A stretch of 64,000 nucleotides of DNA from Candidatus Parcubacteria bacterium (GTDB lineage: Bacteria; Patescibacteriota; Saccharimonadia; UBA4664; JAHWKN01): contig JAHWKN010000001.1 in NCBI GenBank assembly GCA_019347875.1, forward strand, positions 6,801 to 70,800. Direction: 5' to 3'. Both the position numbers and the translations under genes were made by a program. The notes under the pieces were generated by a model that worked only from the letters and a program-made list of their open reading frames with translations, was not told where the DNA came from and searched no databases. The first letter of the stretch is position 1, and the number at the start of each line of letters is the position of its first letter. Below are positions 19,453 to 29,146 of the stretch, in pieces.

Positions 19453-22272
19453 TTATTGCACCACGCTATTAAAATACATCCCCGCATCGTTCAGGTGGGC
19501 AATACCTTCCGCCACCGGCCTAAAGTACTCTTGGTAGGTCCCGCCCGCAGCGGGGGCGGTGTAGTTAAACTCGAACGTCGCTATTCCCCCCGGCGCTACG
19601 CTGGCTTCTTTCATACGGGCTGGCCGTTGGGGCGCCAGCCAGCCGGTTGACTGGAAGCCGCTACTGCGGTCGGTCGGCCGGGCGGTGGCGGCGTTCACCG
19701 GGTAGGGGCCGGTGTTGTACCAGGTGGCCGTACCGCTGTTGCGGGCGGTAAAACCTACGTACACAGTTTGGCCGGGAGAGAGCTTGGTTAAATCTGCAGG
19801 GGTTATCTTGGTGGAGTCGGTGTAGGCGTACTGACTGGTCACACTCCAGGAGTAGTCGGACTTAACCACCGTATGGTAGTACAACCCGATGTCGTTCATC
19901 CAAGTGATGCCCTCGGCTACTAGGTTAAAGCGCTCGTTAAAGGTCCCGCCGCCCTTAGGAACGGCAATGGGGAACTCAAAGGTGCCCACCTCGCCGGGCG
20001 CCACGCTTGCCTCAACCAGTCCGGCCGGCCGATTCGGTCCCAACCAGGCCCCGGTAGCGTAGCGGCTGCCGCGGTCCCTGGGAGCCTCCGTGCCTAAGCG
20101 CACCGGGTTAGAGCCGCCGTTGCTCCAACTCACGTTGCCGCTGTTACGGGCCTTGAACACCAGCCAGGCGGTTTGACCGGGAGATAAGTTAGTTAAGTCC
20201 ACAGCCGTGGTCTTGGCACTGGTGGTGTAGGCCTCTTGGGAGGCGAGGGCGTAGGTGAAGTCATACTTTACCCGGGTGTCGTAGTAAACCCCCGCGTCGT
20301 TCATGTGCATGATGCCCTCTGCCACGGGGTTAAAGTACTCCTGATAAGCGCCGCTGGCAGGAGCGGTGTAGTTAAACTCGAAGGTAGCGGTTTCCCCTGG
20401 GGCTACGCTGGCTTCTTTCATGCGGGCCGGACGCTGGGCCCCCAGCCAGCCCGTTGACTGGAAGCGGCTGGTGCGGTCGGTCGGGCGCGTGGTGGCTAGG
20501 TTGACCGGGTATGGTCCGCCGTTGTACCAGGTCGCTGTGCCGTTGTTGCGGGCGGTTAGGCCGACGAAAACGGTTTGGCCGGGGGAGAGATCATGCAGGT
20601 TGGCCGGCGCGGTCTTGGCGGAGTCGGTGTAGGCGTACTGGCTGGTGACCCCCCAGGAGTAGCCGGACTTAACCGTTGTGTGGTAGTAAAGTCCCACGTC
20701 GCTCATCCAGGTGACGCCTTCGGTTACTAAGTTAAAGTGTTCATTAAATACCCCCCCGCCCTTAGGTACGGCAATGGGGAACTCAAAGGTACCCACCTCT
20801 CCGGGCGCCACGCTTGCCTCTACTAACCGGGCGGGACGGTTAGCCCCTAGCCACGCCCCGGTCGCGAAGCGGCTGGCCCTGTCGCGCGGGACTTCAGTTC
20901 CCAGGCTGACAGGGTTTGCGCCGCTGTTGCTCCAAGTTAAGTTGCCGCTGTTACGAGCCTTAAGTACCAGCCAAGCGGTTTGACCGGGAGAGAGATTGGT
21001 CAGATCCACAGCCGCGGTCTTGGCACTGGTGGTGTAAGCGGCCTGGGAGGAGAGCGCCCAGGAGTAGTCGTAGTGCAGTTTGCGCTGGCTGGTTTGGTTG
21101 CGGATAAAACCCAGCTGGTCGTACAGCAAGTTGCCGGGGCAGGCGGTACTTAAGGCGTCCTTGTGGCCGGCAACGGTCCAAAGGTTCAGGCAGGCGGTGC
21201 CGCAGAAAGTGTGGGTAGTGTTGGGGTTAATTTGGTAACCGCTGGTTTTCCAGCCCAAAAAGTTGGTCAAGCCGTTCAGGAGCGCCGAGGAGGGGCCGGT
21301 GACATTGCCGTTGTTTAGCTGTTTGCAGGCGGAGTCGTTGGGGTCAAAACAGCCAATCGCCGCAATCCCCAGAGAGCCGCGGTTGTAGCCGTAGACATGG
21401 CCCGCCACCACATGGTCGCCGCCAAACCGCCCTTGGTAAATGGTGCCATGCTGGTCGGTTAAGAAGTTGTAGCCGATGTCTCCCCACCCGAGAGTGTGGG
21501 TGTGATACTGCCAGATGGCCCTGACCGTGGCGGCCGGATCCGGCTGGTTGTTGGCGCTGACGGTATGGTGGACAAACACCTGCTTGGTCTGGACGTACTC
21601 GGGGCCCCAGTACAGTGACGTCCCCTGGTAGGCCGTGCCGTCCGGATCGGGGCTGCCCCAGCCGGCGCGCGAAACAACGGCCGGGCCTTGGGCCGCTGCC
21701 CGGGTGTCGGGAGCTAAAAAGCTAGTCAGGGCTCCCATTAACTTTTGAGCTAAGTTTTGCCGCGAATCGATATAGGTAACCTTTAAATCGGAAACTTCAG
21801 GAGCAGGCTGCGCCGGGTCTTGCCGCGACAAGGCGACACGGTACTGAAAAAACCGCCCCTGGATCATTAACGGGGTTTCGGCAAACATGGTGTCGGGGCT
21901 GGGGGCATCATCGCGCAGCGGCCGGGACCCTTCTACCTCCATCCAATCCGTCCAGGTTTTGGCGTCTACAGAAGTACGTAAAAACACCCGACTGGCCTCC
22001 GCCGCCGCGTCACTCTGCCGCCACTGGGGCGCAATTGCGTTAAACTGGAAATCGGTCTGGCGTACCGGTGAGTCGTACGTGGTGCTGGTCTCGCCAGGTT
22101 CCAGCGCGACTACCGAAGGCTCCCCGTTGGCACCTAAGCCTGTAACCTGATTATTTTTAATGGCCGTGGCCGTTCCTTGCTTGTATATAAATCCGGCCAG
22201 GACAACGAGGATGACGCTGGCGGTAACCACGAAAACTCTTTTGGTTGCAAACTTGCTTATCGGGAGTGGCAC
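19453..22272 (-). CDS. secreted N-acetylmuramoyl-L-alanine amidase (Amidase_2/PGRP) followed by four NBR1-like Ig-fold repeats
   Basis: N-terminal TM/signal anchor. Amidase_2 core VFVHHTVSAN...GWGDIGYNFLTDQHGTIYQGRFGG...GHVYGYNRGSLGIAAIG. Then four repeats of about 130 aa with the pattern PGQT..N.G...W...PV.LGT..P.DR.S.F....W....RPA...E..VAPGE..TF.F...AP...G.Y.E.F..V.EG..WM.D. First codon overlaps the S8 gene stop. Confidence 0.85.
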   Translation of the reverse strand: MPLPISKFATKRVFVVTASVILVVLAGFIYKQGTATAIKNNQVTGLGANGEPSVVALEPGETSTTYDSPVRQTDFQFNAIAPQWRQSDAAAEASRVFLRTSVDAKTWTDWMEVEGSRPLRDDAPSPDTMFAETPLMIQGRFFQYRVALSRQDPAQPAPEVSDLKVTYIDSRQNLAQKLMGALTSFLAPDTRAAAQGPAVVSRAGWGSPDPDGTAYQGTSLYWGPEYVQTKQVFVHHTVSANNQPDPAATVRAIWQYHTHTLGWGDIGYNFLTDQHGTIYQGRFGGDHVVAGHVYGYNRGSLGIAAIGCFDPNDSACKQLNNGNVTGPSSALLNGLTNFLGWKTSGYQINPNTTHTFCGTACLNLWTVAGHKDALSTACPGNLLYDQLGFIRNQTSQRKLHYDYSWALSSQAAYTTSAKTAAVDLTNLSPGQTAWLVLKARNSGNLTWSNSGANPVSLGTEVPRDRASRFATGAWLGANRPARLVEASVAPGEVGTFEFPIAVPKGGGVFNEHFNLVTEGVTWMSDVGLYYHTTVKSGYSWGVTSQYAYTDSAKTAPANLHDLSPGQTVFVGLTARNNGTATWYNGGPYPVNLATTRPTDRTSRFQSTGWLGAQRPARMKEASVAPGETATFEFNYTAPASGAYQEYFNPVAEGIMHMNDAGVYYDTRVKYDFTYALASQEAYTTSAKTTAVDLTNLSPGQTAWLVFKARNSGNVSWSNGGSNPVRLGTEAPRDRGSRYATGAWLGPNRPAGLVEASVAPGEVGTFEFPIAVPKGGGTFNERFNLVAEGITWMNDIGLYYHTVVKSDYSWSVTSQYAYTDSTKITPADLTKLSPGQTVYVGFTARNSGTATWYNTGPYPVNAATARPTDRSSGFQSTGWLAPQRPARMKEASVAPGGIATFEFNYTAPAAGGTYQEYFRPVAEGIAHLNDAGMYFNSVVQ
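19459..20260 (-). repeat. copy A of an 802-bp apparently identical duplication (C-terminal two Ig repeats of the amidase gene)
   Basis: DNA at 19459-20260 matches 22685-23486 wherever I sampled (offset 3226). The encoded 266 aa are identical in both proteins. Confidence 0.85.
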
Positions 22273-24806
22273 TACTTCACCACCGTGTAAAAGTACATGC
22301 CTGGGTCGTTCAAATGGACAATCGCTTCGGCCACCGGGTTGAAGTATTCCCGATAAATTCCTGTAGCGGCTGGAGTGGTGTAGTTGAACTCAAAGGTGCC
22401 GGTTTGGCCAGGTGCCACACTGGCTTCGCTTAGTTTGGCCGGCCGGGCCGGACTCATCCAGCCGGTGCTAGCGAATGCGCTGCTGCGGTCACGCGGGTGA
22501 GAGGTAGCGACGTTCACCGGGTAGGGGCCGGTGTTGTACCAAGTGGCGGTGCCGGTGTTGCGGGCGGTAAAGCCTACGTACACCGTTTGGCCGGGGGAGA
22601 GGTTGGTTAAATCTATGTGGGTTGTCTTGGTGGAGTCGGTGTAGGCGTACTGGCCGGTGAGGCTCCAGGAGTAGTTGCTGTTGACCACGCTATTAAAATA
22701 CATCCCCGCATCGTTCAGGTGGGCAATACCTTCCGCCACCGGCCTAAAGTACTCTTGGTAGGTCCCGCCCGCAGCGGGGGCGGTGTAGTTAAACTCGAAC
22801 GTCGCTATTCCCCCCGGCGCTACGCTGGCTTCTTTCATACGGGCTGGCCGTTGGGGCGCCAGCCAGCCGGTTGACTGGAAGCCGCTACTGCGGTCGGTCG
22901 GCCGGGCGGTGGCGGCGTTCACCGGGTAGGGGCCGGTGTTGTACCAGGTGGCCGTACCGCTGTTGCGGGCGGTAAAACCTACGTACACAGTTTGGCCGGG
23001 AGAGAGCTTGGTTAAATCTGCAGGGGTTATCTTGGTGGAGTCGGTGTAGGCGTACTGACTGGTCACACTCCAGGAGTAGTCGGACTTAACCACCGTATGG
23101 TAGTACAACCCGATGTCGTTCATCCAAGTGATGCCCTCGGCTACTAGGTTAAAGCGCTCGTTAAAGGTCCCGCCGCCCTTAGGAACGGCAATGGGGAACT
23201 CAAAGGTGCCCACCTCGCCGGGCGCCACGCTTGCCTCAACCAGTCCGGCCGGCCGATTCGGTCCCAACCAGGCCCCGGTAGCGTAGCGGCTGCCGCGGTC
23301 CCTGGGAGCCTCCGTGCCTAAGCGCACCGGGTTAGAGCCGCCGTTGCTCCAACTCACGTTGCCGCTGTTACGGGCCTTGAACACCAGCCAGGCGGTTTGA
23401 CCGGGAGATAAGTTAGTTAAGTCCACAGCCGTGGTCTTGGCACTGGTGGTGTAGGCCTCTTGGGAGGCGAGGGCGTAGGTGAAGCTGCGGACGGTGGCCT
23501 GGGAGTTAATGCGGCCATAGCCGTACTGATCCGTCCGGTTTTGCCCGTTCATACCGGCGACTTTGTCGGCCCGGGCGAGAATGTTACCGACTACGTCGTT
23601 GGGTCCGGCAGAGGGGTGGGCTGATTTATAGAGAGCCGCCAGGCCGGCCACGATTGGGGTCGAGATGGAGGTGCCGTTGGCGCTAGTGGTGTAGCTTGAG
23701 GTCTGGTTGCTCGAGCTCCAGTAGGTGGTGCGGATGGTACCGGCACCTGGTGCCACCACGTCAAGGTTGGGGCCATAACTGCTGAACGAGGCCCGAGCGT
23801 CGTTACTGTCGCTGGCGCCCACCGCCACCACTTCCGGGTAGTTGCCCGGGTAGGCCATGCAGCCGCAGGTACTGGTGCCGCTGTTGCCGGCGGCCGCTAC
23901 TACCACCGCGCCCTTAGAGATAGCGTAGTTGATCTGGTCCTGCATCAGCTTGTCGGGATCGGGCGAACCTAGACTGAGGCTAATAACTTTGGCTCCCCGG
24001 TCGGCCGCGTAGCGGATGGCGGTGGCGATGGTGGAGGTGTAGCCGATGCCGTCGTCGGTTAGCGCCTGAATAGGCAGGATTTTCGAGCCCCAGTTGAGGC
24101 TGGCTACCCCTACGCCGTTGTTGCCGGTGGCGCCGATTAAACCGGAGGTAACGGTACCGTGAGAAACAAAGTCGCCGGCTGCGTCAACGCTGCCGGCGTT
24201 GGGGAGGTTGTCGCTTTGAGAGAAGTCCCAGCCCCGCCAGTCGTCCTTGTAGCCGTTGTTGTCGTCATCGAGGTTGTTGCAGTTTTTGTCGAGCACTAAC
24301 CCCCGGCTGGTACAGTTGGGGGCCGGGCCTTCACTGGCGGTAAGACCCTTTTCGCCCGCGTTCTCGGCCCAGCGGCCAACCATGTCCTGATGGTCAAGCG
24401 CATACCCCGTGTCAACAATAGCAACCGTTACATCGCTTGACCCCGTGGTGATGTCCCAGGCCTGGGGGGCCGAGATCTTGTCGGTGTACCACTGCGGGGA
24501 TATGGGGTCGTTGGGGGTGAGCAGGGCTTTGTAGGTGATGTTGGGGGACACGTCCAGCCCGGCGTTGGGGTGAATCTGACTAGGACGCATGGGTACAACA
24601 TACCCATCAAGTCCTTCCACCCTGGTTAGATTGTCCGGTTCTAGTGAATGCCGTTCCAAAAACCGCTGCTTGGCCTCTTGGCTGTGAAAGCGCACTATGG
24701 CTGTCGGAGTGTCCGCTAAGGTTGGACTTCTTGGCGTAAGGACGATGGCGAAACCAGCTAAAGCCAGCGCGGCCATTGCGGTCAGGCCGGCTTGACGGGG
24801 CCTCAT
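22272..24806 (-). CDS. secreted subtilisin-like serine protease (peptidase S8) with C-terminal NBR1-like Ig repeats
   Basis: Signal peptide. Catalytic triad contexts VAIVDTGY (Asp), HGTVTSGLIGA (His), GTSISTPIVAGLAAL (Ser). Followed by four repeats of the same Ig-like family. Confidence 0.9.
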   Translation of the reverse strand: MRPRQAGLTAMAALALAGFAIVLTPRSPTLADTPTAIVRFHSQEAKQRFLERHSLEPDNLTRVEGLDGYVVPMRPSQIHPNAGLDVSPNITYKALLTPNDPISPQWYTDKISAPQAWDITTGSSDVTVAIVDTGYALDHQDMVGRWAENAGEKGLTASEGPAPNCTSRGLVLDKNCNNLDDDNNGYKDDWRGWDFSQSDNLPNAGSVDAAGDFVSHGTVTSGLIGATGNNGVGVASLNWGSKILPIQALTDDGIGYTSTIATAIRYAADRGAKVISLSLGSPDPDKLMQDQINYAISKGAVVVAAAGNSGTSTCGCMAYPGNYPEVVAVGASDSNDARASFSSYGPNLDVVAPGAGTIRTTYWSSSNQTSSYTTSANGTSISTPIVAGLAALYKSAHPSAGPNDVVGNILARADKVAGMNGQNRTDQYGYGRINSQATVRSFTYALASQEAYTTSAKTTAVDLTNLSPGQTAWLVFKARNSGNVSWSNGGSNPVRLGTEAPRDRGSRYATGAWLGPNRPAGLVEASVAPGEVGTFEFPIAVPKGGGTFNERFNLVAEGITWMNDIGLYYHTVVKSDYSWSVTSQYAYTDSTKITPADLTKLSPGQTVYVGFTARNSGTATWYNTGPYPVNAATARPTDRSSGFQSTGWLAPQRPARMKEASVAPGGIATFEFNYTAPAAGGTYQEYFRPVAEGIAHLNDAGMYFNSVVNSNYSWSLTGQYAYTDSTKTTHIDLTNLSPGQTVYVGFTARNTGTATWYNTGPYPVNVATSHPRDRSSAFASTGWMSPARPAKLSEASVAPGQTGTFEFNYTTPAATGIYREYFNPVAEAIVHLNDPGMYFYTVVK
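22685..23486 (-). repeat. copy B of the 802-bp duplication (internal to the S8 protease gene)
   Basis: See copy A. Identity starts at accacgctatt and ends after gtaggtgaag. Confidence 0.85.
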
Positions 24807-24810
24807 TGGG

Positions 24811-27531
24811 TTAACGCACTACCGTGTAAAAATTCATCCCGGGATCATTTAGCCACCTCAATCCGTCAACGACAGGGGTGAAGTACTCTAGATAAGTGCC
24901 GGAAGCAGCTGGTGCCTTAGTTGCGAACGTGAAGGTGCCGATTCCGCCGGGAGCAACCTCACTTTCCGTCAACCCGACCGGCCGACTGCAGCCGAGCCAG
25001 GAGCCGGTGTTGCAAAAGGCACTGTTGCGGTCACGGGGGTTGGTGGTGCCCAGCCGGAAAGGGTAACGGCCTGTCTTAAACCAGGTGGCGCTGCCGGTGT
25101 TCTTGGCTTTCACCCGCCAGTAGGTGACCTGTCCCGGAGTTAGATTTGTGAGGTCCTGACGAGTAGTGTAGGTGGGATCGGAATAGGCCTCTTGTCCGGC
25201 CGGCGCCCAGGAGTAGCCGTCGTACACCTGCATATAGAAGTTCATGCCCGGGTCGTTCATCCAGGTGTACTTATCGGCTACCAGGCTAAAATACTCCCTA
25301 TGAACGCCGGCGGCTGCCGGTACGGTGATAGGAAAGGTGAACTCGGCAATTTGGCCGTTAGCTACGGTGGAACCCGGCGCTCCGGCAAAGGTTGCGGCTC
25401 TGGCGGGGGCTAGCCAGCCATCCATAAAGAGACTGTGGCGGTCACGGGGGGTACTAGTGCCAAGACGAACGGGGTATTCTCCCGCATTCGACCACACGCT
25501 TGTGCCGACGTTCTTGGCCTGAACTTTTAGGGTAGCGGTTTGACCGGGGGAGAGGCGAGTGAGATCGGCGCCGGCAGACTGGGAGATGATTTGCCATTGG
25601 TATGTTCCATGGGCGGTTATCGAGACCGTAGTGCTGACCCCCAGCCAGGCTACCCCCTCGATTAGCGGCGTGAAGGTCTCTGAGTAGATGCCCGGGGAGG
25701 AGGGGAGCTTGAGCCGGAAGGTAAAGCTGCCGCTGGCGCCGGGCGCCACCGACTCTTCGTTTAAGGCCGCCGCTCGGCTGCTTGACAGCCAGGATGAGTC
25801 GGCAAAGTCGCTGGGGCGGTCGCCGCCGCTGGCAGTGGTTCCGATTCTGGTTGGGTTAGCGCCGTCGCGGCGCCAGTAGGTAGAGCCGGTGTTGGTGAAT
25901 CTGAGGGTAACGGCATTGGACGTCTCGCCCGGCAAGCCGCTCGCCGCGGCCTTATCGAGGCTGCTGGCCGCGGCGGTTCCGCTGGTGACGCCAATGGCGT
26001 AGTAAACCCCTTGGCTTGGCAGCCAGGTAACGCCATCCGTTACGACGTTAAAGTACTCCGAGTAACTGCCTGAGGTGTAGGGGGCGGTCAGTTTAAAACT
26101 GAAGGTGCCGATGCCTCCCGGGGGGACGTCGGACGCCAGCCCGGCGGGCCGGCTCTCGCTTAACCACCCTGCCGAGGTAAAGGCGCTGGCGCGGTCACGA
26201 GGGTTGTCGGTACCGAGGCGGGTGGGGGTAGGGCCGCCCGCCCGCCACGTCACCGCTCCCATGTTTTTAGCGGCAAAGGTGACGTTGGCCGTTTGGCCTG
26301 GCTTGAGTGTAGCCAGATCGACATCGGAGGTTTGCCCGGCCAGTTTATAGCGGTAATCCGGGGACTTAATGAAAAAGTACATACCCGGATCGTTCATCCA
26401 GGTAATACCCTCGACGATGGGGGTAAAGTACTCTTTCCATGTTCCCGGTTCACTTGGCATGGTGATAGAGAAAACGAACCTGGTGGTTTCGCCCGTGGCC
26501 ACAGTACTGGCAGCGATCCAGCCTCCCGCTGCGTCCAGTTTTTGGGTGAAGGTAGCGGTACGTGTCGGCGCTATCCAGCCGGTCGCAAACGCGCTGTTGC
26601 GGTCTCTGGGGTTGGAGGTGCCGAGCCTGACGGGATTGGACCCGGCGTTAGACCAGGTACTGGACCCGGCGTTTTTGGCCACCACCACCAGCGTGGCCGT
26701 TTGTCCCGGCAACAGGTTGGTTAAGTCGGCCGGGGTTGTCATGGCCCCGTTAGTGTAGGCTTGCTGGGAAACCAGTTGCCAGGCGTATGGCACCGCCGGG
26801 AACCACAGATCCATATAATGCACGAAGTTGCGGTTGCCGTAGGCTCCGCAGGGGGCGGTGCCCATGGTTGAGAGCGCGCCGGCGTTGGGTTGGTAGGGGG
26901 TGTAGGTGTAGAGCGTGGCGGTGGAGCGGTTAGAAATGTAAACATTGGTGCCGCCGCAACCGGAGTCGGGATTGTATTTAACGTAGCCGGTGGTGCCGGG
27001 AATGTACGAGCAGTACCAGCCTTTGTCCTGGAAAAAGCAGTTGCGCAGCAGCTTGGTGCCTTCCCAGACCTGTTGCGAGAAGCCAAAGTAGGCGGCGTTG
27101 CAGTCGGCGCCGTCCGGACAGCCCATACCCATGGCGGTGCGGTACTTGTAGCTGTCGCAGCTGGTGGTGGTAACCAGTCCTTGCTCCTTTTGCAGCGTCA
27201 CGATGATGACTTGGGGGTTGATGCCGTGCAGCTGGGCGGTTTTCCAGATGGTGCGCGAGGCCCGGACGTTGCCGCCGTAGCTGTTGCCGCCGAGCGGCTC
27301 GGGCGAGTAGTAATCTTTTAGACAGGGGCCTTTAGAGGCCAAAAAGTTTTGAATGTCGGCCTCCGACATGGTGGCGGTGTTGGTAAAGCGGCCGTCGTCG
27401 ACGATGGCGCCGGCGTTGTAAGGCGTGTGGGTGGCTTGGGCCGGCTGGACGTTAAAGGTTACGGCGGCGATGACGGCCAGCAGCACCGGAGCGAAGATTT
27501 TGAGCAACTTAGGCGCCGCTTTACTGGACAT
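24811..27531 (-). CDS. large secreted protein: N-terminal about 250-aa putative cell-wall-hydrolase-like head plus about six NBR1-like Ig repeats
   Basis: Start taken at the internal ATG at 27531 (MSSKAAPKLLKIFAPVLLAVIAAVTF is a signal peptide); the listed 27720 start gives Arg-rich junk and would overlap the upstream gene. The head contains INPQVIIVTLQKEQGLV (uncertain lysozyme/glucosaminidase-like). Repeats are the same family as the two downstream genes. Confidence 0.65.
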   Translation of the reverse strand: MSSKAAPKLLKIFAPVLLAVIAAVTFNVQPAQATHTPYNAGAIVDDGRFTNTATMSEADIQNFLASKGPCLKDYYSPEPLGGNSYGGNVRASRTIWKTAQLHGINPQVIIVTLQKEQGLVTTTSCDSYKYRTAMGMGCPDGADCNAAYFGFSQQVWEGTKLLRNCFFQDKGWYCSYIPGTTGYVKYNPDSGCGGTNVYISNRSTATLYTYTPYQPNAGALSTMGTAPCGAYGNRNFVHYMDLWFPAVPYAWQLVSQQAYTNGAMTTPADLTNLLPGQTATLVVVAKNAGSSTWSNAGSNPVRLGTSNPRDRNSAFATGWIAPTRTATFTQKLDAAGGWIAASTVATGETTRFVFSITMPSEPGTWKEYFTPIVEGITWMNDPGMYFFIKSPDYRYKLAGQTSDVDLATLKPGQTANVTFAAKNMGAVTWRAGGPTPTRLGTDNPRDRASAFTSAGWLSESRPAGLASDVPPGGIGTFSFKLTAPYTSGSYSEYFNVVTDGVTWLPSQGVYYAIGVTSGTAAASSLDKAAASGLPGETSNAVTLRFTNTGSTYWRRDGANPTRIGTTASGGDRPSDFADSSWLSSSRAAALNEESVAPGASGSFTFRLKLPSSPGIYSETFTPLIEGVAWLGVSTTVSITAHGTYQWQIISQSAGADLTRLSPGQTATLKVQAKNVGTSVWSNAGEYPVRLGTSTPRDRHSLFMDGWLAPARAATFAGAPGSTVANGQIAEFTFPITVPAAAGVHREYFSLVADKYTWMNDPGMNFYMQVYDGYSWAPAGQEAYSDPTYTTRQDLTNLTPGQVTYWRVKAKNTGSATWFKTGRYPFRLGTTNPRDRNSAFCNTGSWLGCSRPVGLTESEVAPGGIGTFTFATKAPAASGTYLEYFTPVVDGLRWLNDPGMNFYTVVR

Positions 27532-28075
27532 TGATGGTTTGCGCGGCGGAGGCGCCCTCGTAACGGTCAGAAAAGATGCGCACGCTAAACGACCATTCAC
27601 CCTTAGCGGGAAACTCGGCGGCGGGAATATCAAACCCTTGGCAGCGCTGGACGTCGCCTCGCAGCAACGTCGGAGCGGTGCGCTCCAGCGGCGGGCTGCC
27701 CGCTTTTCTGAAACTGACAACGCAGGTCCCGGGAGCGGACTCTTCGGTGTAGGCCCGGATCAACACGGTGGCTTTGTCGGGGCTTTGCCCGAAGGTGGTC
27801 ACCACCGGCTTAATCTGCTTTTTGGTGCTTCCGGGGGTACTGGGCTGCGGCGTGGGCTGAGGTTGTGTCTGATTGTTGCTAGGCCGGGTAGAATCTTCTT
27901 CGCGGGCGGCCCGGTCGCCCGACGGGTCGGCCTCGGTGACCGATGCCTCCTGATCTTGTGCGGGGGGCTGTTTTGACTGGTTAACCTTGACGTAACCGGC
28001 GGCCGCAACCAAGCCGACGGCCAGCAGGCTGATGATGGCGATGGTTAAATTTTTGCGGACCGAGAACTTAGCCAT
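27521..28075 (-). CDS. membrane-anchored hypothetical protein with a Pro/Gln-rich linker; first gene of the secreted-hydrolase operon
   Basis: N-terminal TM anchor (LTIAIISLLAVGLVAAAGYV) and a low-complexity PQPTPQPSTP linker. Its stop overlaps the next gene start by 11 nt. Confidence 0.55.
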   Translation of the reverse strand: MAKFSVRKNLTIAIISLLAVGLVAAAGYVKVNQSKQPPAQDQEASVTEADPSGDRAAREEDSTRPSNNQTQPQPTPQPSTPGSTKKQIKPVVTTFGQSPDKATVLIRAYTEESAPGTCVVSFRKAGSPPLERTAPTLLRGDVQRCQGFDIPAAEFPAKGEWSFSVRIFSDRYEGASAAQTINVQ

Positions 28076-28146
28076 AATGTACCCCCCGTTTTTGTTTCCT
28101 TAACTGGCCTCATTATAGCATAAGTTCAATGGGTCAAATGGGTTCT

Positions 28147-29112
28147 TCAGCCACGTAATGCTCGCCGCCAGGCGTACGCGTCGGCGATGATTTGCTCCAA
28201 GCCGCGCTCCGCCGACCAGCCCAGCAGCCGCTGAGCTAAGCGGTTGCTGGCTACCAGCGCTGCCGGATCGCCGGGGCGGCGGTCTGTAACCTGGTACTTG
28301 ATCGGCCGGCCGGCCACTTTTTCAAGCGTTTTAACTACCTCCAGCACGGAATGGCCGCGGCCTGTGCCAAGGTTAATGGCCCGGTTAAAGACCTGTCCGC
28401 CGGCCATTTGCTCGGCCGCCAGCACGTGGGCTTTAGCTATGTCATAGACATGGACGTAATCACGCAAGGCCGTGCCGTCGGGAGTATCATAGTCATGGCC
28501 GAACACCTTTAGCTCTCCGCTTTGTATAACCGCCTCAATCGCTTTGGGTACTAGATGTGTCATCACAGGATACTCCGGCCCGATTCCCCGGTAAGCCCCG
28601 GCGGCGTTAAAGTAACGAAAAGAGGTCCAGCCCAACCCGCTAGTCAGCTGGTAGTTGGCTAGCATTTGCTCAACCAGCAGCTTGCTTAAACCATAGGGGT
28701 TAATCGGTTTGAGCTGAGCCGATTCCGGGATGGGCACCGTCTCGGGCTGGCCGTAAACGGCGGCGGTCGAGGAAAAGATAAAGTTTTTGACGTGCGCCTC
28801 TACGGCGGCGTCAATTAGCCGCAAGGCGCCAAAGCTGTTGTTCTCAAAGTACAGCCTGGGCCGGCGCATCGACTCCTCGACCTGGATCTTGGCGGCAAAG
28901 TTTAAGACCACGTCGAACCGCCGCCCGTCAAACAGCGCCTGCAAGTCACCCGGTTTGGTTAAGTCGCCAACCACCAACTCGGCGTCCTGTAAGTTGTGCC
29001 GATGACCGGTTGAAAGGTTGTCGAAGACGACCACGTCGTGGCCGGCTTCTTGAAACAGCTTGGCTGTGACGCCGCCGATGTAGCCCGCGCCCCCGGCGAT
29101 TAACACTCGCAT
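28147..29112 (-). CDS. galE: UDP-glucose 4-epimerase
   Basis: MRVLIAGGAGYIGGVTAKLF. YxxxK present (YGLSKLLVEQ). 321 aa, collinear with GalE. Confidence 0.9.
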   Translation of the reverse strand: MRVLIAGGAGYIGGVTAKLFQEAGHDVVVFDNLSTGHRHNLQDAELVVGDLTKPGDLQALFDGRRFDVVLNFAAKIQVEESMRRPRLYFENNSFGALRLIDAAVEAHVKNFIFSSTAAVYGQPETVPIPESAQLKPINPYGLSKLLVEQMLANYQLTSGLGWTSFRYFNAAGAYRGIGPEYPVMTHLVPKAIEAVIQSGELKVFGHDYDTPDGTALRDYVHVYDIAKAHVLAAEQMAGGQVFNRAINLGTGRGHSVLEVVKTLEKVAGRPIKYQVTDRRPGDPAALVASNRLAQRLLGWSAERGLEQIIADAYAWRRALRG

Positions 29113-29146
29113 GGTTATGATTATAACCGACTGTTATAATGCCCCC

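Noticed and set aside
25192-27321. Multiple plus-strand ORFs (for example 26293-26724 and 26890-27321) antisense to the 969-aa secreted protein gene
   Set aside because: They are antisense to a gene with repeated, internally consistent Ig-like domains. Their translations are Gly/Val/Ala-rich and typical of GC-rich antisense frames.
27532-27720. Listed N-terminal extension of the 969-aa secreted protein (start at 27720)
   Set aside because: The first 63 codons (MSVSEKRAARRWSAPLRRCCE...) are Arg-rich junk and would overlap the upstream 184-aa gene by 200 bp. The internal ATG at 27531 yields a proper signal peptide.
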